NCBI GenBank assembly: GCA_934148985.1
Contig: CAKPDO010000001.1
Coordinates: forward strand, 20,146-84,145
DNA length: 64,000 bases
Origin: an uncultured Clostridia bacterium
GTDB lineage: Bacteria; Bacillota; Clostridia; TANB77; CAG-508
Direction: 5' to 3'
In this document: piece by piece, positions 30,272-40,301 of the stretch
Numbering within the stretch: position 1 is the first letter of the stretch
Layout of the letters: every line of letters starts with the position of its first letter
Notes under the pieces: generated by a model
What the model saw: the letters and a program-made list of their open reading frames with translations, nothing else
What the model was told of the DNA's origin: nothing
Databases searched by the model: none
Made by a program: the position numbers and the translations under genes

Positions 30272-31636
30272 ATGGCAAAAGCACCAAAAACAATATTTGT
30301 ATGTAATGAATGTGGCTATGAAAGTGCCAAATGGATGGGAAAATGTCCAGCATGTAATAGTTGGAACACATTTTTTGAACAAAAAATAGAAAAAATAACA
30401 GAAAATGGAGTAAAAATATCCAAAGAAAGAAACACACCAAAAGCCCTAAACTCCTATAAAGGAGAAGAAGTAGCAAGACTATCTTCAGGATTTGGAGAAC
30501 TAGATAGAGTTTTAGGCGGCGGAATAGTGAAAGGCTCACTAATACTACTTGGAGGAGAACCAGGAATAGGAAAATCAACATTAATCCTTGAATTATGTAA
30601 TAAAATACATGGTGATGGGAAAGTATTATATGTTTCAGGAGAAGAATCAGCAGAGCAAATAAAATTAAGGGCTGATAGGCTTGGAATTGACAATGACGAC
30701 ATAATGTTTTTAGGAGAAACAGATATATCAATAATAAATGAAAACATAGAAGAAATGCAGCCAAAACTTGTAATAATAGACTCTATACAGACTATGTATT
30801 CTAACGAGTTATCAGCAGCAGCTGGGAGTGTAAGCCAAGTACGAGAGATAACAGCAGAGATAATGAGAATGTGCAAATCAAAAGGAATAACTACAATAAT
30901 AATAGGTCATGTAACTAAAGATGGAACAATAGCAGGACCAAGAGTGTTAGAACATATGGTAGATACAGTTTTATATTTGGAAGGAGAAAGATATTTTTCA
31001 TATAGAATTTTAAGGGGAGTGAAAAATAGGTTTGGTTCAACAAATGAAATAGGAATGTTTGAAATGAAAGGAGAAGGATTAGTCGAAATCACAAATCCAT
31101 CTCAAATACTAATTTCAGAAAGAGAAGATAACCCATCAGGTTCAGCGATAGTTGCAAGTATAGAAGGAACAAGACCGATGCTTATAGAACTTCAAGCTTT
31201 AACAACTCTTAGTGTATTTGGAATACCGAAAAGGACGGCAAATGGATTAGATTATAATAGACTTGCTGTTTTAATTGCAGTATTAGAAAAAAGAGCAAAT
31301 TTGAATATTGGTGGACAAGATATATATGTAAACGTAGTAAGTGGGATGAAGCTAAATGAACCATCTATAGACCTAGGAGTAATTTGTGTATGTGCTTCAA
31401 GCTTTAAAAATGTACCAATTCCAAAAGATACAGTAATAATGGGAGAAGTCGGATTAACAGGAGAAGTAAGAAGAATTAACATGATAGAAAAAAGGCTAAA
31501 AGAAGCGGAAAAAATGGGATTTAAAAGATGCATAATTCCAGAAAATAATAAAAAATATTTAGAGGAAAAGTATAAACTAGAAATTGTTGGAGTTAAAGAT
31601 GTAAGAGAGGCTTTGAAGGTTTTGAACATAAAGTGA
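30272..31636 (+). CDS. radA: DNA repair protein RadA/Sms
   Basis: N-terminal Zn ribbon CNECGYESAKWMGKCPACNSW; Walker A GEPGIGKST; KNRFG motif; Lon-like C-terminus. Confidence 0.9.
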   Translation: MAKAPKTIFVCNECGYESAKWMGKCPACNSWNTFFEQKIEKITENGVKISKERNTPKALNSYKGEEVARLSSGFGELDRVLGGGIVKGSLILLGGEPGIGKSTLILELCNKIHGDGKVLYVSGEESAEQIKLRADRLGIDNDDIMFLGETDISIINENIEEMQPKLVIIDSIQTMYSNELSAAAGSVSQVREITAEIMRMCKSKGITTIIIGHVTKDGTIAGPRVLEHMVDTVLYLEGERYFSYRILRGVKNRFGSTNEIGMFEMKGEGLVEITNPSQILISEREDNPSGSAIVASIEGTRPMLIELQALTTLSVFGIPKRTANGLDYNRLAVLIAVLEKRANLNIGGQDIYVNVVSGMKLNEPSIDLGVICVCASSFKNVPIPKDTVIMGEVGLTGEVRRINMIEKRLKEAEKMGFKRCIIPENNKKYLEEKYKLEIVGVKDVREALKVLNIK

Positions 31637-31672
31637 TAGAGAAACAGGGATCATTGAAAGGAGAAATAAAAA

Positions 31673-32314
31673 ATAAAAGAACAACTATTAGACCTAATAT
31701 ATCCGCCAACTTGTGGGATATGTGGAAAAGGCAAAAAAACGTATCTATGTAAAAAATGCGAAAACAAATTGAACCAAATAGCAATCTTTGGAAAAGATGA
31801 ATATTCAGATAAATACTTTGAGAAACACTATTATTTATTTAAATATGACGATATAATAAGAACGATGCTAATAGACTATAAATTTAATGAAAAGCCATAT
31901 TTATATAGAAGTTTTATGGAATTTTTTAATAAATACAAAAAAAGGTATCATGAATTTGAAATATATGATATAATAGTGCCGGTTCCAATAAGTAAAAAAA
32001 GAATGAGAGATAGAGGATATAACCAAAGCCTTTTAATAGCAAGTGATATAGCAAAGAAATCAAAAGTAAAGCTTGAAAAAAATGTTATAAAAAAGGAACA
32101 GAACAATACTCCTCAAAGCTTATTAGACAAAAGTGGAAGAGAAAAAAATGTTGTAAATGTATATAAAATAGTATATAAGCAAAAAATATTAAATAAAAAA
32201 ATATTATTAATAGATGACATATTTACAACAGGAGCTACAGTGAATGAATGCAGCAAAATGCTAAAGATATCAGGTGCGGAAAAAGTAGATGTACTAACAA
32301 TTGCAAAAGATTAA
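31673..32314 (+). CDS. comFC: ComF-family phosphoribosyltransferase; conserved N-terminal zinc ribbon lies upstream of any canonical start codon
   Basis: The frame is open from 31670 and encodes LLDLIYPPTCGICGK...LCKKCENKL (ComFC zinc ribbon), but the first ATG/GTG/TTG in frame is TTG 31769. An ATA at 31673 lies 10 nt after RBS AAAGGAG. C-terminal PRTase motif LLIDDIFTTGAT. Confidence 0.65.
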   Translation: MKEQLLDLIYPPTCGICGKGKKTYLCKKCENKLNQIAIFGKDEYSDKYFEKHYYLFKYDDIIRTMLIDYKFNEKPYLYRSFMEFFNKYKKRYHEFEIYDIIVPVPISKKRMRDRGYNQSLLIASDIAKKSKVKLEKNVIKKEQNNTPQSLLDKSGREKNVVNVYKIVYKQKILNKKILLIDDIFTTGATVNECSKMLKISGAEKVDVLTIAKD

Positions 32315-32336
32315 AAAAATTAAAGGAGGAAGCAAA

Positions 32337-34337
32337 ATGGACGATTTAATAGAAAGCATACTTGATTATGTACGTTCAGATTATACAGATTATGCAATAA
32401 TGATAAATGGAGAATGGGGTTCTGGAAAGACATATTTTTGGAACAATCAAGTAAAAAAGAAAATTGAATCATTAAAATTAAATGGAAAAAAATTCACAAC
32501 AATATATATGTCTTTATATGGAATATCAAATTTAGAAGAAATAAGCAAAAAAATATTTATGGAAACTTCCCAATTAATGGATAGAAACCTAAGAAGATAT
32601 ATGAATACAAAAGGTATAACAACTATACCAGAATATGCAAAAACTGGAATAGACATGGCAAATCTTTTTGGGTCTTCATCAAATGGGGGAAGAATAGATT
32701 ATGATGAATTTTTCTCGACAGATGATAAAGTATTATGTTTTGATGACTTAGAAAGAGCAAATGTTGATGTAATAGATATATTGGGATATATAAATAATTT
32801 TGTTGAACATGACCATATAAAAACAATAATTATATGTAATGAAAGAGAACTTTCAACAAAAATAAAAAATAATAATTTGGAAATGAAAACATTTATTGCA
32901 ACATACTTGTTGGACAAACAAGGAGAGCTTAATAAATCAGATAAGCCAATGGTTGAAAAAATTCAAGATAAAATTGAGCATGTATTTGATAAAGCAATAG
33001 ATTATGAAAGAATAAAAGAAAAATTGATAGGCGAAACTTTTGAATATGCTCCACAATTTGATTATATAATAAATGGAATTTTTATGAGATTTGAACAAAA
33101 TCGCGACCTAATAAGATTTTTGAGGGAAAATACAAAACTTATAATATCTACATTTAAGAAAAGTGGAACAAGAAATTTGCGTATTTTAAAACATGCTTTA
33201 AATGATTTTAGTAAAATTTATGAAGAAGTAAGCAATTTATATCCAAATACAAACTATAGAGCTATGCAGGCTATGCTTATTTTTACAATTGCGGTTTCAT
33301 TTGAGATTAAAGCTGGAAAGATAACTAAAGAAAAATTTAAAAATATAAAAGATAATGAAGAATACAAGTCAATTTTGGTATCTTCTAGGGTTTTAATGGA
33401 TAATAGGCAATTTTATATAAAAGAATTTGATGGAAATTATTACTATAATTTTAAATCAGATTATAGGTTCTTTAAATTTATAGAATATTATGTAAGAACA
33501 AGAATATTTGACATGAAATTATTTAAAGAAGAACTTGAGGCTGTAAATGCAAGTCCTAAAACAAAGAAAGTTCCATCATACAAAAAAATTCTTGTAGAAG
33601 AATATTGGAAATTACCAGATGAACAATTTACAAAGATTGTTGAAGAAACTCTTGAAGAAGTTCAAAAAGGAGAGATTGAATTAATTGATGTTGTAAAATT
33701 ATTTGAATATTTTGTATATTTTTCAAAAAGTGGGTTGATAAGAAACGATGTTCCTACATTAAAAACAGTATTTTTAAATGGAATGAATTTATCTTCACTT
33801 CATTCTAAATATTGTCCAAATGTTGACGAAGAATTAGGAAAAGTTATTATAAGAGATGAAGAAAAATACTTAAATGAAGATTTGACAGATGTAATGGTTA
33901 GATTTGATGAATTAAATAATCAACTTTTAGAAAAAGAATACAGGGAAAAAGCTGATGAAATATTTAAATACATTCCTATGAAGATGGAACAATTCTATGA
34001 AAGATTTGATAAGGAATGTAACAATATTCCAATACTAAAATATTATGATCCATTCCAAGTATTCCAGAGAATTTCTTGTGCAAGTAATGAAGATATTGTT
34101 GCAATTAAGGAAAAAATTGTAAAAAGAGCAAAAGATAATCCAAGGGTTTTGAAAGAGGAATTGTTAAATTTAAGTAAACTTAAGAGATTGATGGATGAAT
34201 ATATTAATGGAAAAGATATTACTATAAAGGTTGTTTTGATGAAAGAATTTTCTAGAGAACTTGGAGAGATTGTTGAAATTAGCTCTGAAGACGAAGAGGC
34301 GAAGGTGTTGGATAAGAACGAGGTTGTTTATTTGTAA
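32337..34337 (+). CDS. KAP-family P-loop NTPase
   Basis: Walker A INGEWGSGKTYF and KAP-type Walker B region VLCFDDLERANVDVIDILGYINNF; 666 aa; RBS AAAGGAGGAAG before ATG 32337. Confidence 0.7.
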   Translation: MDDLIESILDYVRSDYTDYAIMINGEWGSGKTYFWNNQVKKKIESLKLNGKKFTTIYMSLYGISNLEEISKKIFMETSQLMDRNLRRYMNTKGITTIPEYAKTGIDMANLFGSSSNGGRIDYDEFFSTDDKVLCFDDLERANVDVIDILGYINNFVEHDHIKTIIICNERELSTKIKNNNLEMKTFIATYLLDKQGELNKSDKPMVEKIQDKIEHVFDKAIDYERIKEKLIGETFEYAPQFDYIINGIFMRFEQNRDLIRFLRENTKLIISTFKKSGTRNLRILKHALNDFSKIYEEVSNLYPNTNYRAMQAMLIFTIAVSFEIKAGKITKEKFKNIKDNEEYKSILVSSRVLMDNRQFYIKEFDGNYYYNFKSDYRFFKFIEYYVRTRIFDMKLFKEELEAVNASPKTKKVPSYKKILVEEYWKLPDEQFTKIVEETLEEVQKGEIELIDVVKLFEYFVYFSKSGLIRNDVPTLKTVFLNGMNLSSLHSKYCPNVDEELGKVIIRDEEKYLNEDLTDVMVRFDELNNQLLEKEYREKADEIFKYIPMKMEQFYERFDKECNNIPILKYYDPFQVFQRISCASNEDIVAIKEKIVKRAKDNPRVLKEELLNLSKLKRLMDEYINGKDITIKVVLMKEFSRELGEIVEISSEDEEAKVLDKNEVVYL

Positions 34338-34362
34338 ATTTGGTAAGTTTTTTGAAAAAGCT

Positions 34363-34390
34363 TGCAATATATGTGAAAATAATGTATTAT
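34363..34390 (+). promoter_or_regulatory. sigma-A-type promoter (TTGCAA, 16 bp spacer, TATTAT)
   Basis: Seen directly at the overlap of the KAP gene 3' end and the following gene. Confidence 0.5.
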
Positions 34391-34461
34391 TAAGCATGAT
34401 GGCCAAAAGACCATGCAGTAATTTTGGGAAAATTATTATAACCAATAACAAGGAGGACATT

Positions 34462-35208
34462 ATGAAACGGAGAATTATGCTAAATGTACCAAGAAAAAAG
34501 GCACATATTGAAGTGAAAGATGGAAGAATTTTTTTCACGGATGATGAAGAAGATGTTTTTTTTCTTAAAACGTATGGAGAACCAGTAATCCCAGAAGGAT
34601 ATAAGCCAGTTAGTTCGGAAAATAGCAAAATATTTATGATTGAAAGAGAATTTGATGGCAGTCGATTTTGCTGGATACCTTTGCAGGAGAAATTAGAAAA
34701 TGGAAACATCGAAACAAGGAGATATAACAGCAATTTTCCTGGATTGATTGGAGCTAGGGACCCAAATACGGCAGAATTCAAAAATCAGATTAACAGAATT
34801 AAGAAGCATGGTGGTGTATATGTGTCTGCTTATTGTATTTCTTACAATCAAGAAAAAGGAATATTTCAATCTGTAAAAGATGCAAGACCACTAGATTATG
34901 TCGATTTTGATATGGCAATGAAAAATTCTAAATTTGTTGAAACAGGAAGAAATGTAAAAAGCCATTTGATCTTTGGTCTAGAATGTGACTGTATTGCTGA
35001 ATATTTCTTACACTTTGATCGAGAAACGCAAAGAGAAATTAAGAAATATTATGGAGGAAAGACGATTTGGACGCAAGAATATGGCCCTGGAATAAAAATG
35101 GTAACAAGAAGTGAAGAATGTGGAGTTGTATTAGCACATCGTTTTGGAATGCTTCCTAGATATTCAACCAAAAATCTCGGATTCCTTGTGGCTTTATCAA
35201 TTGAATGA
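34462..35208 (+). CDS. hypothetical protein (248 aa); its 3rd codon is an in-frame CGG, so the true start may be ATG 34477
   Basis: RBS AAGGAGG 5 nt before ATG 34462. With CGGA recoding at 34468 the reading would stop after 6 codons and the product would start at 34477 (MLNVPRKK...). Confidence 0.4.
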   Translation: MKRRIMLNVPRKKAHIEVKDGRIFFTDDEEDVFFLKTYGEPVIPEGYKPVSSENSKIFMIEREFDGSRFCWIPLQEKLENGNIETRRYNSNFPGLIGARDPNTAEFKNQINRIKKHGGVYVSAYCISYNQEKGIFQSVKDARPLDYVDFDMAMKNSKFVETGRNVKSHLIFGLECDCIAEYFLHFDRETQREIKKYYGGKTIWTQEYGPGIKMVTRSEECGVVLAHRFGMLPRYSTKNLGFLVALSIE

Positions 35209-35224
35209 TAAACAGCATAATATC

Positions 35225-35335
35225 CAAAGGCGGAGTTTTGAATTTTCAAAATTCCGCCTTTTTAAAAACAAAAAACGAAAAAAGGTTTGCAAAAGCAAAA
35301 ATCGTATGATATAATTATTTCAAAATTGTAAAAGA
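35225..35335 (+). repeat. 110-bp cassette: rho-independent terminator (35227-35266) plus sigma-A promoter (TTGCAA 35286-35291, 17 bp spacer, TATAAT 35309-35314); copy 1 of 2
   Basis: About 90% identical to 36027-36135; hairpin GGCGGAGTTTTGAA/TTCAAAATTCCGCC followed by a T-tract. Confidence 0.8.
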
Positions 35336-35419
35336 AATGCAAAAAATATAAGAATAAATTAAAAAAAAATAATTGTATAAATTAGTTATTTTATGCTAAA
35401 ATAAAAGAGGAGGAAAAAG

Positions 35420-35746
35420 TTGAACAAGGACTTATTAAATATTGAAATTATAAAAGAGTATATAGCCAAAAGAAAAATAGATTGGACAAAACATTGTTTA
35501 AATCGATTAAATCAAAGAGGTATATTAATATATGATGTAAAAACGGCCGTAAGCAATGGAAAAATAATTGAATATTATTATGATGATTACCCATATCCAA
35601 GTTGCTTAATATTGGGATATAATATAAATAATAAAATATTACATATAGTATGTGGAGTGAGTGAAGACATTGTTCATATTATAACTGCATATTATCCAAA
35701 TACAGAAAAATGGGAAGAAGATATGAAAACAAGGAGGTTAAAATAA
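35420..35746 (+). CDS. DUF4258-domain protein, putative toxin of a type II toxin-antitoxin pair (TTG start)
   Basis: 108 aa; DUF4258 pattern (HCLNRLNQRGILIYDVKTAV...PSCLILGYNINNKILHIVCGV); RBS AAGAGGAGGAAAAAG. Confidence 0.6.
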   Translation: MNKDLLNIEIIKEYIAKRKIDWTKHCLNRLNQRGILIYDVKTAVSNGKIIEYYYDDYPYPSCLILGYNINNKILHIVCGVSEDIVHIITAYYPNTEKWEEDMKTRRLK

Positions 35747-35976
35747 TGAATTGTTTTATGTGTAAAGGAAATTTAGTGGAAAAGAAAGTAAATTATGTAG
35801 TAGATTTAGAAGATACAATTATTATTATTAAAGGTGTTCCAGCAAAAGTATGTACTCAATGTGGAGAACAATACTTTGATGATGAAACAGCCGAAAATAT
35901 TGAAAAAATTGTAAATCAATTAAAAAAATTAGCCACAGAAGTTACTATTGTAAATTATAAAGAAAAAGTTGCTTAA
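35746..35976 (+). CDS. YgiT-type zinc-finger protein (MqsA-like N-terminal domain), putative antitoxin
   Basis: 76 aa; CxxC...CxxC (CFMCKG...CTQCGEQYF); start overlaps the toxin stop; RBS AAGGAGG. Confidence 0.55.
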   Translation: MNCFMCKGNLVEKKVNYVVDLEDTIIIIKGVPAKVCTQCGEQYFDDETAENIEKIVNQLKKLATEVTIVNYKEKVA

Positions 35977-36026
35977 TATTTGAATGGTTATTTAACAACT
36001 TTAACAATTAAATAGTCTTTAGTAAA

Positions 36027-36135
36027 AAGCGGAATTTTGAGAATTCAAAATTCCGCCTTTTCAAAAATCAAAAACGAAAAAAAGTTTGCAAAAGCAAAAA
36101 TCGTAGGATATAATTATTTCAAAATTGTAAAAGGG
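36027..36135 (+). repeat. terminator-promoter cassette, copy 2 (terminator 36025-36061; TTGCAA 36086-36091; TATAAT 36109-36114)
   Basis: Near-identical to 35225-35335. Confidence 0.8.
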
Positions 36136-36232
36136 ATATGAGAAATGAATAAAGAAATAGAAAACATATTATTCGAATTAGTAGAGATTTTTTACATGAT
36201 ATTAACATTGTTTTTCTGTATTTAGCACAAAA

Positions 36233-36481
36233 ATGGAATATTCTGTAAGAGATGGCTCACAAGAAATAGGCAGTGTCCAAACTCCTTATATAATTGGCCA
36301 GCAGTTTTTGGAGAACATTTTAGAAAAAATTAAAATAAAAAAAATTGATAAATGGGAGCTTGAAATTCCAGATGCTTCTCAAAAAGATGGTAAATATAAT
36401 TTGATGATTCCAAAGAATTTGCTAAAAAAACAATTTATTGAAGATTGTGTTGATGTGGATAATATGAAGAATGAATTATAA
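36233..36481 (+). CDS. hypothetical protein (82 aa)
   Basis: ORF only; no clear RBS. Confidence 0.25.
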   Translation: MEYSVRDGSQEIGSVQTPYIIGQQFLENILEKIKIKKIDKWELEIPDASQKDGKYNLMIPKNLLKKQFIEDCVDVDNMKNEL

Positions 36482-36570
36482 AAAAGGATATTATTAATTT
36501 TTCACGAAAACTAAAATACTTTCATAAAATATAACAAAAAAGAAACTTTTATGAAAGGAAAGAGAGAAAA

Positions 36571-37824
36571 ATGTCAAATTACATAATAGAAGGAGGCAAA
36601 AGGTTATGCGGAGAAACCTTTGTTTCTGGGTCAAAAAATGCGTCACTCCCAATAATGGCTGCAAGTGTATTAAACAGAGGAATAACGAAACTTTATAATG
36701 TTCCAAATATTCACGACACGCAAATGATGATAGAAATATTAAAAAATATAGGATGCAAAGTAAAGAAAAATCAAAATAAAATTGTAATTGATTCTAGAAA
36801 TGTAAACAAATTTGAAATACCTGAACATTTAATGAGACAAATGAGGTCATCAGTTATTTTTGCTGGAGCAATTTTAGGAAGATATAAAAAGGTTATATTT
36901 TCGTATCCAGGAGGTTGTGATATTGGCTCAAGACCAATAGATTTACATCTAAAAGGATTTGAAAAATTAGGAGCGACAGTAAATCAAGATTTTGGAAAAA
37001 TAGTATGTGAAACAGAAAAAATAATTCCAACGGAAATAAATTTAGATTTTCCAAGTGTAGGAGCAACTGAAAATATTATGCTATTATCTGTGCTATCAGA
37101 TGGAGAAACTACGATAATAAATGCAGCAATGGAACCAGAAATAGTAGATTTACAAAATTTTTTGAATAAAATGGGAGCAAAAATTGAGGGAGCGGGAAGC
37201 AACATAATAAAAATACAAGGAGTTAAAAATTTAAAAGATGCAAGCTATAATGTTATGCCAGATAGAATAGAAGCGGGAACACTTTTATGTGCGGCAGCGA
37301 TTACAGGTGGAGAAATAACACTAAAAAAGGTAAATGCATCTCATATTACACCTGTTTTGAATAAATTAGCAGAGATGGGGTGCACAATAAAGTTAAAAGA
37401 AAACGAGATTAATTTAAAATCACCGAAAAAACTAAAGGCAATTGACATTAAAACAATGCCATATCCAGGATTCCCAACAGATATGCAAGCTATAATTGGA
37501 GCAGTTTTATGTGTGGCTTCTGGAACGTCAATTATCGTAGAAAATATATTTGAAAATAGATACAAATATACGGCAGAACTACAAAAAATGGGAGCAAATA
37601 TAAATATTGAAGGAAAAACAGCTATTATAAAAGGAGTAAAAAAATTATCTGGAACTAAAGTTAGAGTAACTGATTTAAGAGGTGGTGCAAGCTTAGTTTT
37701 AGGAGGATTGGCAGCTAAAGGTACTACTAATGTGGAAGATATTCAATACATTTTGAGAGGATATGAAAATTTAGATGGCAAACTTAAAAATTTGGGAGCG
37801 GAAATTTATACGGTTAAAGATTAG
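36571..37824 (+). CDS. murA: UDP-N-acetylglucosamine 1-carboxyvinyltransferase
   Basis: 417 aa; catalytic Cys loop (PGGCDIGSRPIDLH); EPSP-synthase fold pattern throughout. Confidence 0.9.
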   Translation: MSNYIIEGGKRLCGETFVSGSKNASLPIMAASVLNRGITKLYNVPNIHDTQMMIEILKNIGCKVKKNQNKIVIDSRNVNKFEIPEHLMRQMRSSVIFAGAILGRYKKVIFSYPGGCDIGSRPIDLHLKGFEKLGATVNQDFGKIVCETEKIIPTEINLDFPSVGATENIMLLSVLSDGETTIINAAMEPEIVDLQNFLNKMGAKIEGAGSNIIKIQGVKNLKDASYNVMPDRIEAGTLLCAAAITGGEITLKKVNASHITPVLNKLAEMGCTIKLKENEINLKSPKKLKAIDIKTMPYPGFPTDMQAIIGAVLCVASGTSIIVENIFENRYKYTAELQKMGANINIEGKTAIIKGVKKLSGTKVRVTDLRGGASLVLGGLAAKGTTNVEDIQYILRGYENLDGKLKNLGAEIYTVKD

Positions 37825-37995
37825 TGGAAAGGAGAAATCTTTTCCATTTTCCATTTTGGATATATATATGCAATTATAACAAAAATTATAAATTGGTTCT
37901 AATAATTTTTTGAAAAATGTTGCCAAAAAAGACAACGTTTGATATACTTTATATGAAAAAATAGTGAAGTTATAGAAAAAGGAATGGATTTTCTT

Positions 37996-40278
37996 ATGAT
38001 AAAAATGAAAAATAAGATAATATTGGTATGTGTAATAATATGTATGTTATTTGGAACAAAAGTATATGCTTTAGATGAATCAAATAGCACAAAATTATTA
38101 TATCAAGATGCTACTATTAATGAAGATGGAAGTATTTATGTAAAAGAAGTTGTGTGGCAAAATGGTAAATATAATGGATTTTATGCTAAAAAAATTTTTT
38201 CGAGATATGATGTGTATCCGTTTACAGGAATATATAGTAATTTTTCTGGAGACTCAGAAATATATAATGCTACAGGAATAACGGATGTAAAAGTATACGA
38301 TATTTCGCAAGCAAATTTTTTATCAATCGATGATATGAACAATAAAGAAAATGAGTATAAGAGAGTAGATAGTGCATCAAATGGAAAATATGGTGTTTAT
38401 ACTGTTTCTAATAATAAAAGGTCAATAGAAATAAATGTTTTTTGCCCATCAAAAAAGAAAAAGGTAATTTATAGAGAATATGTAATACACGACGCTGTTG
38501 TTGTGCATAATGATATTGCCGAACTGTATTGGTGTTTTCTTGAAACAAATGAAAAATTTTTAGATTACCAGTTAAAAGTGCATTTACCTAAAGAAGACAA
38601 AAATGTAATGGTATGGTCACATGGACCTTCATCGGGATATTGCACAATTGATGATTATAAGACACTATCTTTAAAAGATAGTGAAGTTAATGAAAATAGT
38701 TATGAAACCATAAGAATAATGTTTAACAAAGAATTAGTACCTAATGGAACAAAAAAATCAAATGTAGATGGAAAAGATTACATTTTACAATATGAAAATG
38801 CTGTGGCAAATCCAGAAACAGCATTAGATGAAGAAAACAAAACAGAAATAGAAAATAAACTAAGTCAGGCGTTTGTAGAATTAAATAAGAAAGCTACAAT
38901 TTATTGGTATAATATAGCTCAAGAGTTAATAGAAAAAGTAAAATGGGATGATTCATTAAAAACGGAGTATGAAAAAAAATTAGAAGCTTTTTACGAAGAA
39001 GCTAATGATGATTGGAAAAGAAGTATAGAAGAAGAATATAATTACATGATACAAAATAAAAATTTTGCTGAATACAAAATAAACTCATTTATATCAAGCA
39101 TTGATAAAGGCATTGATGAAAATTTGAAAAGCGAATATTATGAAAAAATAAATCGAATCCAAAAACAAAAGAAAGAAAGAGATTTGAAAAATAAACAAAA
39201 AATAGTAAAAACAGTTGCTATAGTATATTATATTTTTGGAGTTATTTGCATATTAGTATTGATAAAAATATTTTTCGAAAAAAGGATATATTATAATAAA
39301 TATTACAGAGACTTCCCAAGTGATGATAGAGCATATATAATAGATTATTTAATGAATAAAAAAGTTACGGGAAAAACTTTTTCTGCTGCAATACTTGATT
39401 TAATATCAAAAAAGAAAATACAGATAGAAAAAAATAAAGATGATGAAAACGACTATAACTTAATTTTAAAGGATACTAAATCTAGTAGAACTATGGTAGA
39501 AAATACTGTTGTTAAAATATTGTTTGAAGTTATTGGAAGGAACAATATTTGCTCAATAAAAAGTTTAAAAGATTTTGCAGCTGAGCCAAGAAAAATAGAT
39601 GAATATGTCTATGCTTTTTATGAATTTAAAGAGAACGTATTAAGAGAAATTTATTATAAAGAATATTTTAAAAAAGATAACATTTATACAAAAATATTAC
39701 AAAAGAGTCCATTGATAGTAGGAATAATATGCTTTATATTAGGTCTATTTATAAGTGAAAATGGATATATTGATATATTAAATTACTATGGATTAGTAAT
39801 GATATTAAGTTTAATAGATTACAAAATATTAGCTTTAGATAAAAGAAGAACTAAAAAAGGAAAATTTGAATATTCTAAGTGGTTAGCACATAAAAGATTT
39901 CTAAACGACTTTGGAAATTTTAGCGAAAAGGAACTTCCTGAAATAATATTATGGGAAAGATATCTTGCTACAGCGACAGCACTTGGGTGTTCAAAAAAAG
40001 TATTAAAGCAAATGGTAAAACATATTGATTTTACATTGCCGGAAACAGAAAAATATAGATATGTTTTGGGAGAATATTATAATTATATGGCTTTAAGAAA
40101 ATTAGAAAATGATCTACATAGATTAATAAAAAATGCACAAAAAGAAGCAAATAGAAGAAATTTATATAAAAATTCAAATTCTTCAAAAATAGATTCATAT
40201 ACATCTGGTTCTGGATTCGGTGGAAGTTCATCTTCTGGCGGAAAAGGAGGCGGAGGAGGAAAAATGGGTCGCTTTTAA
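37996..40278 (+). CDS. DUF2207-family membrane protein with signal peptide and a C-terminal Gly-rich tail
   Basis: Signal peptide, a large extracellular domain of about 380 aa, TM helices at about aa 400-425 and 575-625, and a tail GSGFGGSSSSGGKGGGGGKMGRF. Start could be 37984, 37996 or 38005. Confidence 0.6.
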   Translation: MIKMKNKIILVCVIICMLFGTKVYALDESNSTKLLYQDATINEDGSIYVKEVVWQNGKYNGFYAKKIFSRYDVYPFTGIYSNFSGDSEIYNATGITDVKVYDISQANFLSIDDMNNKENEYKRVDSASNGKYGVYTVSNNKRSIEINVFCPSKKKKVIYREYVIHDAVVVHNDIAELYWCFLETNEKFLDYQLKVHLPKEDKNVMVWSHGPSSGYCTIDDYKTLSLKDSEVNENSYETIRIMFNKELVPNGTKKSNVDGKDYILQYENAVANPETALDEENKTEIENKLSQAFVELNKKATIYWYNIAQELIEKVKWDDSLKTEYEKKLEAFYEEANDDWKRSIEEEYNYMIQNKNFAEYKINSFISSIDKGIDENLKSEYYEKINRIQKQKKERDLKNKQKIVKTVAIVYYIFGVICILVLIKIFFEKRIYYNKYYRDFPSDDRAYIIDYLMNKKVTGKTFSAAILDLISKKKIQIEKNKDDENDYNLILKDTKSSRTMVENTVVKILFEVIGRNNICSIKSLKDFAAEPRKIDEYVYAFYEFKENVLREIYYKEYFKKDNIYTKILQKSPLIVGIICFILGLFISENGYIDILNYYGLVMILSLIDYKILALDKRRTKKGKFEYSKWLAHKRFLNDFGNFSEKELPEIILWERYLATATALGCSKKVLKQMVKHIDFTLPETEKYRYVLGEYYNYMALRKLENDLHRLIKNAQKEANRRNLYKNSNSSKIDSYTSGSGFGGSSSSGGKGGGGGKMGRF

Positions 40279-40301
40279 TAAAAATAGGAAAGAGGTAAAA
40301 A

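Noticed and set aside
34380-34420. Partial inverted repeat GCATGATGGCC...GACCATGC as an operator
   Set aside because: The arms are short and imperfect, so it is not convincing.
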